A stretch of DNA of 64,000 nucleotides from Podospora anserina (taxonomy: Eukaryota): the NCBI GenBank assembly GCA_017654855.1, contig CM030336.1, forward strand, positions 1,612,001-1,676,000, written 5' to 3'. A program made the translations under genes and the position numbers. Positions 1 through 11,104 of the stretch are shown piece by piece (position 1 is the stretch's first letter; each line of letters starts with the position of its first letter). The notes beneath the pieces are model-generated. The model saw only the letters and a program-made list of their open reading frames with translations, did no database searches and was not told where the DNA came from.

Positions 1-550
1 AACGTCGGCGGCGGGTACGTTCTCGCGGTGGGCATGCTGCCACTGACATTGCTATCGCCCGTCCTGCGGGAGCGAGACCCCAGAATGCGGGAGCGGAGGG
101 ATGAAAAGAAGGCTGATTCGCTGAGGACGTTGCTCCAGAGACCCGGGAGGGCGGGTGTGCAGGCCACGATGACGGTGCCAAAGACTTCCATGTAGCTGTT
201 TGTTGATGTTAGTGATTTCTGTTTGTTGGGAGGCACGGGTGGGGGGAAAGACATGCGCTGTGATGGCTACATTGCCGCCGTCCCAGATGGGATCGATGGT
301 GTAGTAGGATACCCTGACTCTGTAGACCAGACCGACGACGCTGGTGACCACGACGCTGTGTGTTGTCCAATTCAGTAAATATACATGCGCCCTCCAAGTC
401 CGAGGTACCAAGTGCCCACTTACAGGAACCCAACCAAAAACACAACCAGCAAACCCTTCTTCTTGGGCCGACTCAACGTCAACCCGGCGATGATGGGGAA
501 GGGCATGATGAAAAGGGCCAGATCGGCCACCACGGCGCAGACATTGACTG
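1..550 (-). pseudogene. PTH11-like (rhodopsin-domain) integral membrane protein, 3' part only; 5' part apparently missing; runs off the window start
   Basis: Spliced minus-strand reading gives VNVCAVVADLALFIMPFPIIAGLTLSRPKKKGLLVVFLVGFL / VVVTSVVGLVYRVRVSYYTIDPIWDGGNVAITA / YMEVFGTVIVACTPALPGLW, matching the last TM helices of PTH11-like proteins. Introns lie at ~356-423 (GTAAGT) and 196-256 (GC-AG, with CTAAC branch site). There is an in-frame TAG just upstream, and the next gene starts at 785, leaving no room for the N-terminal helices. Confidence 0.6.
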
Positions 551-784
551 TCTGCTTGTCTGCTTGCAGCCCCTACAAACAGCTAACCGCTCGTGGCTTT
601 CCCCCGCCTCCCCTCCTGCCGCTCGGTGCATATCAAGACTCGTGTTTCGCCCGTCTTTAGCTTTGCTTGCCTCCTTGCCCACACCTCCAATACCTATCTT
701 TTCCTTCCTTCCTTCCTGCCTACCAGAGATCGACAAAAAACTAAACCCTTTCCAAGAAATCCGCGCCTCCGCTGGCAAATCACA

Positions 785-1180
785 ATGTCGTATCCTTTCT
801 CTCTACGCCACATCCCCGCGCTTATTCTCGCCGCCAGCAGCACCTTTGGCGGCATCTGGCCAATCTTCAACGCCGAGGGGGCCATGCTCGAGTTTGGCTT
901 CCCTCCCAACGTCGCCCAAGCACCCGAGACAAAGCCTGTCATGGTTCAAGGCCAGTCTCGCACCACCATCATCGGTCTTGTCGCCTTCCTCTTTTACTTT
1001 AGGGGGAAATTCGCCGAGTTGGACACCATCATGACGGTGTATGGGTTTTATGCTGGCATTCTCGACACGTATATCGTCTACAAGGGGGGCAACCCCAGCT
1101 GGGCGCTCTTCCGTCTTGCGGCGTCGTGGGTCTTTGGTTTCTGCGGGATCGCGGGGTTAACTGCTTCCTCCCTGTCTTGA
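785..1180 (+). CDS. Small multi-pass membrane protein, DUF4267-like (131 aa)
   Basis: Single exon from ATG 785 (MSYPFSLRHIPAL...) with about four hydrophobic helices. The AMLEFGFP and GILDTYIVYKGG segments resemble fungal DUF4267 proteins. Confidence 0.7.
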   Translation: MSYPFSLRHIPALILAASSTFGGIWPIFNAEGAMLEFGFPPNVAQAPETKPVMVQGQSRTTIIGLVAFLFYFRGKFAELDTIMTVYGFYAGILDTYIVYKGGNPSWALFRLAASWVFGFCGIAGLTASSLS

Positions 1181-1879
1181 GCTGGGTGTATCTTGGGTGT
1201 GTTCGTTGTGTTCGTGGCTTGGCGACACCTCTTGTTTCGGTCTAGATTATCAGATATCAAAAATAAGGCGGCTTCTTCGGCCTCGGTTTCACATTGTTGG
1301 GCTGTTGGTTCCTATGCGCAGAGACGCGGGCTGTCAGGCAGTCAACAGTCTGACTTGTGTGGATGGGGGCAGGGTCCTCTGATTTGATATCCAGTATGTG
1401 TTTTATATTAACACCCGGGGCACTGTACGTGTGCTACCAGCTCAGCCTGGCCACGCTACCACACCCCCCTTCATGCAAGGTAAACGTCCCGACGTGCATG
1501 CAACCCCCCTGGGACGCCTGGAAAGCGACACACTGTGTCGACTTGAACCTGTCATCAGCTTGTCGTTTGTTTGAGCGATGATCTCCCAACGCAACATCCG
1601 AACAGTTGGTTCGCATTTTTTATGACTTGTCAAGGCAGCCTGGCCCAACCGACAGACATTTTATTTTTCTTTCCACCTTCACCCCTTCCCCCCCACCATT
1701 CTCCTCCTCTCATTCCCTCAATCCTCCTCCCCTCCCACATCTGCCGGGGTTGTAACATGTACGGACTAGCTCAAACGGCTTTTTGAACGCCGTACCCGCT
1801 TGATCCTTCTCCGTCCTCTGTCTCGACTTCACCTCTTTCTTACAGTCAGCTCCATTATCACCAGAGCTCACACCAAATC

Positions 1880-3667
1880 ATGGCGGCTCCCCTAGGCCCA
1901 ACAGCCTCCCCCGCCGACCCAGGCTCCCTCCTCCAAACCCCCTCCCACCACGACACCGCCGAGAAGACCTCCCCCACAGTAGTCAAAGAAGCGGACAAGT
2001 TCACCCACTCCCTCCGCATCTGGCTCGTCTTCCTCGTCCTCTGCCTCCTCTCCTTCATCTCCGCCATCGACGCAACAATCATCACCACCTCCCTCCCGAC
2101 GATAACCCACTCCCTCAACCACGGCTCCCCGGCTTCCAGCAATGACTACGTCTGGATAGCCAACACCTACCTCTTCGCCTCCACCGCCCCCCAGCCCTTC
2201 TTCGGGCAGATATCCAACATTTTCGGCCGTCGCAACCCGATGCTCGTCTCCATCGCCTTGTTCGCCCTCGGGTCAGGCATCGCCGGTGGAGCGAGCAGCG
2301 TTGCCATGCTCATCGCGGGAAGAACAGTCCAAGGGCTCGGAACGGGGGGGTTGTACGTCCTGAGCGATATCATCATCTGTGACATGATCCCCCCCAGGCA
2401 TCGAGGGCCGTATCTAAGTGCTGTCTTGAGCACCGCTGCTATTGGGACCACCATCGGCCCCATCATAGGAGGTGCGTTGGCGAGGGCGGATTGGAGGTGG
2501 ATCTTCTGGCTCAACCTGCCTGTTTCTGCTGTTGGGTTCGTTGTTGTTTTGTTGCTTCTCCGGGTGAGGTATCAGAGTTTGGGGTGGGGGGAGGTGGTGA
2601 GACGGGTTGATTGGGTGGGCAACGGGCTGTTTATACCCAGTATGGTCAGCCTGTTCTTTGGGCTTATCATGGGGGGCACGAGGGGTTACCCTTGGAAGAG
2701 CGAAAAGATTGTTGTTCCGATAGTGATGGGTGTGGCTGGGTGGGTGGCGTTTCATGTTCATCAGTCCGCTGAGGGGAAGAGGTGGGGTCCTGTTGAGCCG
2801 AGCATGCCGATGAGGTTGTTTAAACATAGGACATCGGCGGCCGGGTTTGTGATTATCTTTTTCGGGGGTGTGGTGCTGCAGGCGATTAGCTATTTTCTGC
2901 CCGTGTACTTCCAGGGTGTGCTCGGGGTGAGCCCGTTGACGGCGGGGGTGTACTTTTTGCCGTTTGCGCTGGCGATCATCCCTCTGGGGGGGATGACGGG
3001 GTTTTTCATGTCAAAGACGGGGTTGTATATCCCTCTGCATTTTGTCGGGTTTGCCTTCAGCGCGATCGGGGTTGGGTTGTTCTCGTTGCTCAGCGAGAAC
3101 TCGAGCACGGGGACGTGGGTTGGGTTTCAGATTTTGGCTTCGGCGGGAACGGCTGTCATCTTTACCGCCACGCTTCCATCGACGCTGGCACCGCTGCAGG
3201 AGAAGGATGTCGGCGTCGCTACGGGGACGTACAGCTTTGTGAGGTCGTTTGGCCTGGTGTGGGGCGTCACGATGGCGAGTATCGTCTTCAACGGGCAGTT
3301 CAACACACGGCTGGAGAGCAACACAGTGTTGAGCCGGGAGCTCAAGTCTTTCCTGGCGGATGGAGCCGCGTACGCTTTCGTGTCTGCCTCGGAGGCGGAG
3401 GGCGGGATCCGGTCGTTGCCAGCTGACATCCGGAGCGCGCTGATCGGGATTTACGTCCACGCTCTCAATGCGGTCTGGTATGTCATTGTTGGCATGGCCG
3501 GTCTAGGCTTCCTTGCCACGTTTGTTGAGAAGCATGTGCCACTTCGAAAGGAGCACGAAACGGAGTTTGGGCTGGTGAGCAAGGGTGAAAGCTCTTCTGA
3601 TGATGCAGCTGAAAAGGGTCAGACACCACGGCCTGCCAGCGATGGGGAGGCGAGGACAAAGCAGTAG
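1880..3667 (+). CDS. MFS drug:H+ antiporter, 14-TMS (DHA2) type
   Basis: 595-aa intronless ORF with DHA2 motifs FISAIDATIITTSLP, GQISNIFGRR, GRTVQGLG, IGPIIGGAL, WRWIFWLNLP and about 14 hydrophobic segments. Confidence 0.92.
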   Translation: MAAPLGPTASPADPGSLLQTPSHHDTAEKTSPTVVKEADKFTHSLRIWLVFLVLCLLSFISAIDATIITTSLPTITHSLNHGSPASSNDYVWIANTYLFASTAPQPFFGQISNIFGRRNPMLVSIALFALGSGIAGGASSVAMLIAGRTVQGLGTGGLYVLSDIIICDMIPPRHRGPYLSAVLSTAAIGTTIGPIIGGALARADWRWIFWLNLPVSAVGFVVVLLLLRVRYQSLGWGEVVRRVDWVGNGLFIPSMVSLFFGLIMGGTRGYPWKSEKIVVPIVMGVAGWVAFHVHQSAEGKRWGPVEPSMPMRLFKHRTSAAGFVIIFFGGVVLQAISYFLPVYFQGVLGVSPLTAGVYFLPFALAIIPLGGMTGFFMSKTGLYIPLHFVGFAFSAIGVGLFSLLSENSSTGTWVGFQILASAGTAVIFTATLPSTLAPLQEKDVGVATGTYSFVRSFGLVWGVTMASIVFNGQFNTRLESNTVLSRELKSFLADGAAYAFVSASEAEGGIRSLPADIRSALIGIYVHALNAVWYVIVGMAGLGFLATFVEKHVPLRKEHETEFGLVSKGESSSDDAAEKGQTPRPASDGEARTKQ

Positions 3668-3961
3668 GCCTCCCGTGAGTATAAGATTGATCCGGCGAGG
3701 GTTATGGAGATTTGAAGGGCCGAGTCGGGTAAAGACCGGTTCCCATTTCATGAGTGTCAGAACATCTACATCAATTAATAGTCAAACACGTCATATCCCG
3801 AAACCCTTATCCAGATCCCATCCACATGCTTCGAAACTTTCCATCGTCACAACTAAACACCGCAAAGTCAGTAGAAACCAAGAGACCAATGTTGCAAAAC
3901 TAAAGAACGCTAACCCATTACATATCCAATTTTCGACGTGCTTTTCCATCAATCCATCCAA

Positions 3962-4052
3962 GGCCGTGTGGTGTAGTGGTAGCATACTTGCTTTGGGAAC
4001 TTCCTCTCATTGCTGTTGCAAGTGGTCCCAGGTTCGAGCCCTGGCTCGGCCC
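3962..4052 (+). tRNA. tRNA-Pro (TGG) with ~19-nt intron
   Basis: GGCCGTG/CTCGGCC acceptor stem, A-box TGGTGTAGTGG, anticodon stem CTTGC/GCAAG around TT-TGG-G with an intervening sequence, T-loop GGTTCGAGCC, and a downstream T-run. Confidence 0.9.
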
Positions 4053-4540
4053 CATCCTTTTGACATTTTTGCTAAACCAGTCTGTCGACCATGCCAATGT
4101 TTTCTTCCCCAGGGCAATCGTGTATGTATTTTCTCCTCCCGAATCTCTGAACTTTTCAGCCCTCTCCCGCTATGCTGCTAGCCTTTGAGTAAGCTTCTTT
4201 GGTTGCCCCGAACACGTATTTCTAGACTTCCAAGTAGGGCAGCTAAACCACCGTGTGCACTTAAAAGGGACCGAGTATTTCCTAAACGCTTTTTTAGATA
4301 TAAAAGTTACCATTTAGCTGAGAAGAACCTATGGAGTTATATGACTAAAAGGGGGTAAACAAGAACCAAAAGACCAAGCCTTCCAAACAATCTGTTTCCC
4401 TCAACTTTGCCTCCCATCAGCCGTCCCCGGGTATCTCATTCACAACCATATATCCCAAAGACCAAAACTCACCATTCCATGACGGCAAAAAAAAAAAATT
4501 CACCCCTATCCCACAAGACATAACAACCCCCTGCTCAACC

Positions 4541-7500
4541 TCAGTTCCTCCTCCCCGTCCACTCCAAAGCCCCACTACTCCCACTCCCATTCCCACCCCC
4601 CCCTCCCTGCTGACCCTGCCATCCCAACGGCACATACAAACTCGAATCCGAAAACCTACTGCTCTGCTGCTGCTGCTGCTGCTGCTGCTCAACCCCCCTC
4701 GGGTAGTGCCCCACATCAGCCAAACTAACCTCCATCCCACTCCCGAGCTCAAACCTCTCCTCCCCCTTCTCCACCTCATAAACCCCCAAGCTCCCCTTAT
4801 CATCCCCCACAACCAACATCCCCCCATCCGGCGAAAACTCAAACACCGTCACCTTGTGCAAATCCTCAAACTGGCCCCCAAACCCCGCCAGATGGTTGTG
4901 GTTGTTCTTGTTCTTTTTCCCTTTAACCGCATCAGGCCACTTCCAAATCTCCTCCGCCGTCTCAACCTCAATAATCACAAACTGCCCCGCGTTCGCATCA
5001 CAATAAGCGACATACTTGCAGTTGGGGGAGATACAAGCCTGAACATTAGGAATCGCGAATATCCTCGTCGAGTTGGTAGGCAAGTCCCAGACGACAACAA
5101 ACCGTTCCGGTGCCGGGAGTGGTTGTCGGCGATATTTCCCCCCCGGAACGGCAACGTCGGTGTGGTTGGCCGGTATCCAAATCGACACCGCCAATGACCC
5201 ACACGCGATGAGCGAGGCTGGAAGGGCGGTCTGCAAGGCGGGGTATTCCGGTATGTGGACTCTGTACGGCTTGTGGCGGTCTTCATCCTCGAGCGACGTC
5301 ACCGTCGCGTTGGGGGTTCGAGCGCGGAGCTTGTGGTCAGAGGTCGGTTTCATGAGCCACGCGATCAGTATCGTCGCGTGAGCTCTGGGGGCGTCACCCG
5401 GTCGTGGTCCGGCTGCTGCGACCAAAAAAGGGGAGTCGGACGAGAAGGCCAGCTCGGGGAACTTGGGGACAAAGGGGAGTTCGGCCTTGAGGAGCTCAAT
5501 CGAGTGGGTTGAGTCCTCCCAGAAGGGTCTCTTGGCGGAGGGGTGTCTTGCGAGGAAGAAGCGGTCGATTCGGTCGCCTTTGGGGCGGTAGACTACGAGT
5601 GGTGCGTAGTCGGTGTGGTAAGCGTCCCGCTTGGAGGCTGCCCACCGGTGGGCTTCGTCGATGGTCTGGACCTTTTTGGCAGAGGTGCCGCCTTTGGCAA
5701 AGTTCCATATTTCGAGGGTGAGCCCAAAGTGGGTTGTGATACCTATGAGGGTGGCGTTTTCCGACAAGATTGCGTGACTGCGGATGAAGTACTCTCTGGA
5801 TCGAACCTGTGGTTGCACATAAGACGTGATTTTGATGGTGCTATGCAGCGCGCTTTTGGCGATGGCCCAGATCTTGACGGTCTTGGGATCATGTTTGGTG
5901 GCTACAAATATATTTGCTGGTGAAGTGTCAATATGCAGGATCCGAGTGGACTTGGCCTTATCTGTCAGATGGCGAGCGGGGGTGACCTCGATTCGACCCT
6001 GATGCCCACTGTGTTTTGCCGGCGGTTGTATGACGAGTTGGCTTGCGAATCCAATACTGGGGGCGATGATGCTGGGACTGTTGGTGCTTGGAGGCATGAG
6101 GCCGGGAGAGACAAGACTGGGTGACGCCAACCCAGGCGACCACTGCGATCTGGGCGTCGGACTTCGACGGTACTCGGGTGGCGGTGAAAAGGGAGGTGAC
6201 TGGTGATATGGTGACATGGCACTGACCATGGATGGGCCCGGAGATGGCCGCCGAGGACTCGAAGTGTCGGAACGAACTGCCGACACCTCGCTGATACCAG
6301 ACATGATGCGGTTAAACGAGAATGAGGTACGAGGGCTTTCTCGTCCCGACTGTGGACTTTCACTCGGGGCAACCGATATTTGACGGGATCGCTCGGTTTC
6401 TGGATAACCCTGGGAGGCCTGGACAGGCTCAGACCAACGCTCTGAGGAGAAGGTGGGAGACTCGGGCTCGAGATAACCCCCCGAGCCGAGAGGCTCAGAC
6501 TTGGTGGACGGGGAATCTTCGTGACTCCAGGCTGATCTTGCCAGGGGCGGTGGAAGATTGATCTCTCTCGGCGGGACTGGCGTCGAAGTGCCGGAGCGTC
6601 CTGGTAGCGTGGGCGATTCGGGCAGAGGCCGTGGAGGCACTGTTGGAGGTGCTTGTGCCGGCGGGACTGGAGGGACTGGTGGCACATCTGGCAATGGCTC
6701 ATGATCTTCAGGGCGCTTCACCGTGATGGAGTCCGGTTGGCCACTGTAATAAGAAAAGGCATTGGTTCGAGACGATGTCCATTTGTCGGCGTCCTCATGT
6801 GGCATTGGCGCCCTGGCATTGGAAGCTGAACTTGCTCCTGCCGGCTCATCGTTGGTCCTGTGCTTCGTTGCTGGTACGTGCGTTTTCTGAGACAAACGGA
6901 CTGCTTCAAGGTTCTGTTCAATTCCCGGCGTGTCGTGGTTCGTGACATCTCCCGTTGTTCTGGCCATTGTTAGTTTATCTCTGCAAGGTAGGTGGTGTTC
7001 TCTTCGACGGCTTACACGGTATCTTCTGACCCGGACCTCTCGCGTGCCGCCTGTGACTTCTTCTCATAGGACCGAACGCAGTTGGTAACAGCATCCAGAT
7101 ACAGGTCAAGAACTTCGCTGGTGTCCGGGTCATGCTTTTCGTTAGACAGAGTTTTGGCTCGCAATCGCTCAACCTCGCCCTTGACATTTTCTTTGATGGT
7201 GTTTGATTCAGAGGCACTGCTTTGTTGGGATGGGTCTCTTCAGGACAAAATTAACATGAACACCTTGGAAATTCGGCGGACGAAGAAGACTGGCCACTTA
7301 CAAGCTCAAGATATCTAAGGCAAGTCCCAGTACCTCACGAAATAATCCTATATCGTCACGGCACTGTCCGATCTGCGCTCGTCCGGCTTGATTCCAGTCT
7401 GTTGCATTCCGGCATTGGGTGAGGATTGAATCGATGCGTATCAGCGTATTCCCACAGCTTTCCAGCAGCAGCAGCATTTGCGCCTGCAATAACAAAGGAA

Positions 7501-7690
7501 TAGAAGGCTCATCTCGAAGCAGCTCCAGCAAAAGCCTGAGGTCGGACAGCTCGCGGGTGACAGCAGAGAGATCGGAATGGGAGGCTCGTACAGACCGGAT
7601 GAAGCGTGTGAGGATGGCCGATGTCGATGAGATGCCTGAGAGGAGATACTCGATTGGACGAGAGGCCGAGTGTTTCCGGGGTTGCTCCAT
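4541..7690 (-). CDS. Protein with N-terminal HeLo-like (fungal STAND N-terminal) domain, Pro/Ser-rich middle and C-terminal WD40-like beta-propeller
   Basis: ORF 7298-7690 (FIRSVRASHSDLSAVTRELSDLRLLLELL...ESCGNTL...LGLALD) resembles Helo_like_N. It ends at a GTAAGT donor (~7301). A middle exon (~7243-7016) is followed by a GTAAGC donor, CTAAC branch site and CAG acceptor (~6961) joining the 808-aa ORF, which has WD-like ends (TVKIW, LEIWNF, VVVWDL, FSPDGGMLVVGDDKGSLGVYEV). Confidence 0.7.
4664..4687. repeat. (CTG)8 microsatellite encoding poly-Gln
   Basis: Eight CTG units, read as Q8 near the C-terminus of the minus-strand ORF. Confidence 0.9.
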
Positions 7691-8319
7691 GATGCAGGAT
7701 GGGACGAGCCTAAAGCCAGGGACCGATGGAGCGGGAGTACTGTCACAATCTATCCCACTCCGTCGTTCCGGTGCCAGCTGTCCGGTATATAGCCGTTAGG
7801 TATATCCAGGGAGGTGGTGAACTGTTCCGCCGGAGGTTAGACGGGAAAGCACTAGATAATATGTTGTCAGAGTAATGTTACTCTCTGGATATCTTTCCCT
7901 TGCACCAGCTAAGGTTGCGATTCATTGTCCCCGCAGCTGGAGGTGAGAGGTGAGAGGTGAGACAAAAAGACAGATTAACGACATGATCTTCAAGGCGGGG
8001 GGCCGCCGGTGCCGCCTTTATTCCACCTACCCTCTTCCCACGGCATGCACAGGCAGACAAAGGCAGGCGTCGCTGCCATTGGCGTACACCAGCTGCGCTT
8101 GTCTCGTTCGGGGTCAGGGAATGCCGCTCTGTGGCGCTCGAGCTGTCGAAGCCAGAAAAGCCAGCGAGGGAGGGGTCGTCGAGCTTCGTCTCGATTCGCG
8201 GGTCTGCCATGTGGCCGACAGGATTGCATGTCTCACGCTGACTGTGCATTGTGATAATAACAAGGCAAACAAAAGGAACGAACGGGACTGAAAAGATATC
8301 TACCTAGCTAACATTGTAT

Positions 8320-9070
8320 AGGTACCATTTAGGCCGCATTTCTCGATCCATCTCAACTTCCGGCCATTCCATTTGTGTCCGTCCGAGCAGTCCCGAAAAC
8401 ATGATCAATTCATTTGCTCCTTGCGGCGCGAAGCAACCTCTTTTGTTTCGTATCCAGCGCCTTTTCTTCCGAGATCTCCCACGCGGTTTACAAATCAACA
8501 TGTATTCGTCAACTAGGTGGGGATACTGTTAGATGAACGGTCCCCAATGGCTTGAGTGGCGAGAAATTCACGTACCCTCGGCGCGATTTGAAACGAATAC
8601 ACCTATGTCGACGTTTCCCTCGGGCATATAGCGCCAGCTGAAAGCCCGCTCCTTCTCCCACTCGTTGAGCTCCCAAAATTCTCTCCAGGGTCGTGGAGCG
8701 CCAAAGCCGGAATTCCACGTCAATAGACTGTGCGTGTGTTCCAAGTCTCCGTATAAATACAAGAGGAGATAGCGACGAGCGTGGAGGTACCGGCTAGGTG
8801 GGTTTCCCTCGAGTTGGTTGGGACCGAGCTGTTTGCGTATCTACTTACTTGGGATCTGCCAGTGCTTCTTACATGTGAGGGCAAAGAGCATCGCGCTGTG
8901 AGGCAGGAGGTGGGAAGCGATGTTGAGTAGAAGCTCGACAGGCAGTCGCATGATGAGTGAAGACTCGGAGTCGATATCCATCATCGTTTCGGGGGTCATA
9001 TTCGACGTTTCGAGGCCAGTATCCGCCGTTGAAAGGGCAGCATTCATCGTTTTGGCGCGACCATCCATCG
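8320..9070 (-). pseudogene. Degenerate F-box protein gene
   Basis: F-box-like motif SLIMRLPVELLLNIASHLLPHSAMLFALTCK followed by a TAG at 8841. Downstream reading is broken into short ORFs in different frames. Confidence 0.5.
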
Positions 9071-9893
9071 TTCCTATGCTGCTGCCATTGGAGGGTGTGG
9101 TGAGGGTGGGCTTGGGTGAATGGTTGAGAAACAGAATCAATTTTTACAGTGGCTTACATAGGAGAAAGCTTAGCTGCCGTCTCCCAGGTAGGTTTTGCTC
9201 ACGAGTCACATGCCCTATAACATGACTTCATGGCGTCAAGCCACAAAACCTTCATCTAGCCACCGGCCCAGCCTGCGCGCTCCGGACAGTATGATAGGAA
9301 ACTCCAGTGAGATCAAGGAAGACATCGTTGCGTGAAGGCAAACGCTTCCTGTGTTACCTAATAGGCCTTTAGAGGGCTTCCACGGATCCAGAGAGACTTT
9401 TTAGGAACCCCATCATTGGGCCAGGGCCATGAATGGAAAAGGAGGTGATAGTTCCAGGGGCATTCCAATGAAGGCATGCATATAAAGTCAGCTTCGCCTG
9501 GACTACCTCGCTCGATCTGCAAAAGATTGAGCATGCAGATTCGATCATGAACATGGATTGATTCCAAAACCCATAAGCAGATATAACAATTATGTAGCGG
9601 AGCATCTGCAGGAAAGAAAAGCAAAAAAGAACATCTCCCCTCGACCGGAATCGAGCCGGTGACCTTTCGGTATCAATAAATTCCTTTACAGCCGAACGTG
9701 ATAGCCAACTACACCACAAGGGGTTATCTAATTTGTTGGCTCCAAAGGCCGGAAGTGGGGCCTATCATGCACCCCCGTCCACAATATCAAACTGCAAGTA
9801 TCGTTGAATCAGAGCACAATTCTGGCCGCAAAACAGCAAAGGCTGCAAACCACAGCAACCGCGAGAGCGAAAGTGTCCACCCAGTCATATCAA

Positions 9894-11104
9894 TCACCCA
9901 TTCACCCCCCAAACCCTTCTCAGCCAGCCCCCTAACTCCTCCATCACCAACTCCGTCTTCTCCTCCGCATCCTTAACCACCTCCTCCTCCCAACCCATCT
10001 CCTCCCTCACCTCCCTATGCTCAAACCCGGCCCCAACCCCCGGCACAAGCACCCACTTCACCCTCCCCTCCTCAAACCAAAACCTCTCGTCCTCTTTCTC
10101 CAACCTTTTCTTAACCCCCCCTTCCGAGTTTATCTCCCTCCTGCTTACCTCCCCCTTCCCCACCAACCTCCTAGCCAAACCCTCATTCTCCCCAGCCAAC
10201 CCATCCCCCTCCCCAGCAATAAACCCCCTAAACCCCTCCCCACCCCGCGCATAAAAAGGACTAACCAACCCGTCCCTCAAGTCAACCCCATAAGGCACAT
10301 ACCCCCACCTCCACGCCCCCTCCTCCCCACCGCCCGCCGCAAGATCCAGCCAACCCCCCCAACTGACCACCACTCCCGGGCAACACTCCTCCCTCTTCAC
10401 CCCTTCAAGCAGCGTCACCGCCATCGCTAAATTCCCCCCCGCACCGAAACCCAGTATCCCCACCCGTCCCTTCTTCTTATCGTCGTCCACCCCCCTTGGA
10501 GACGTTCTGTCTATAGGAAGACTCTCATCCCCCAACGCATCGACCAGCAAAGCCTCCACGTCGTGCACCGGTGCGGGAAACACCGAAGCAGGGGCTTTGG
10601 AGTAGTTCAGCGCTATCACCAAGACGTGGTATTTATCCGCAAATGTCCGGTTGAACTCGTCGTCATCTCTCGGAGTGCCCAGGACAAAAGGCGCGGCGGC
10701 GGAGCCGTGGACTGTGAAGAGAGTTGGGAGGGTGGAGGGGGAGGTTAGGTCGTAGGAGGAGGGGAAGAAGATACTGCATAACCCAACAGTAAATATCAGC
10801 AAATTCCATGGCATCGGATAGATGGGAAACAGGGAGAGGGGCGGGGGGTTGGGCAGGGCACATACCGGACAGGCAAATCAGGCCTGCACTCATAACTCTT
10901 CACTATATCCGGCCTCGTCGACGGCGGGTAAAAGTACTCCTTCCACTCCCTGAGCCAGGCCGAAGGAAAAGCTAGCGATTTCGCCGTGTAGATTCGGGAG
11001 AGGCGGGTTATCCTCGAGAGGAAAGGGGGTGGTTCGTGGGTCAATGCTCTACTCGTCGTCGCGGTGGTGTCATTCTGTCCTGACGCTGGCGCAGAGTTGT
11101 CCAT
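9894..11104 (-). CDS. HSL-family alpha/beta-hydrolase (Abhydrolase_3) homolog, probably catalytically inactive
   Basis: Exon 1 starts at ATG 11104, with an intron at 10774-10865 (GTATGT...CAG). Motifs are TLFTVHGS, ALNYSKAP...FPAPVHDV, GILGFGAGGNLA and LVSPFY. Confidence 0.75.

Noticed and set aside
4190-4400. AT-richer stretch after tRNA-Pro as a RIP-mutated transposon relic
   Set aside because: Too short, with no terminal repeats or transposase/RT similarity; no mobile element was supportable anywhere in the window.
9300-9720. Short overlapping minus-strand ORFs
   Set aside because: No recognisable family; possibly degraded coding sequence but unsupported.
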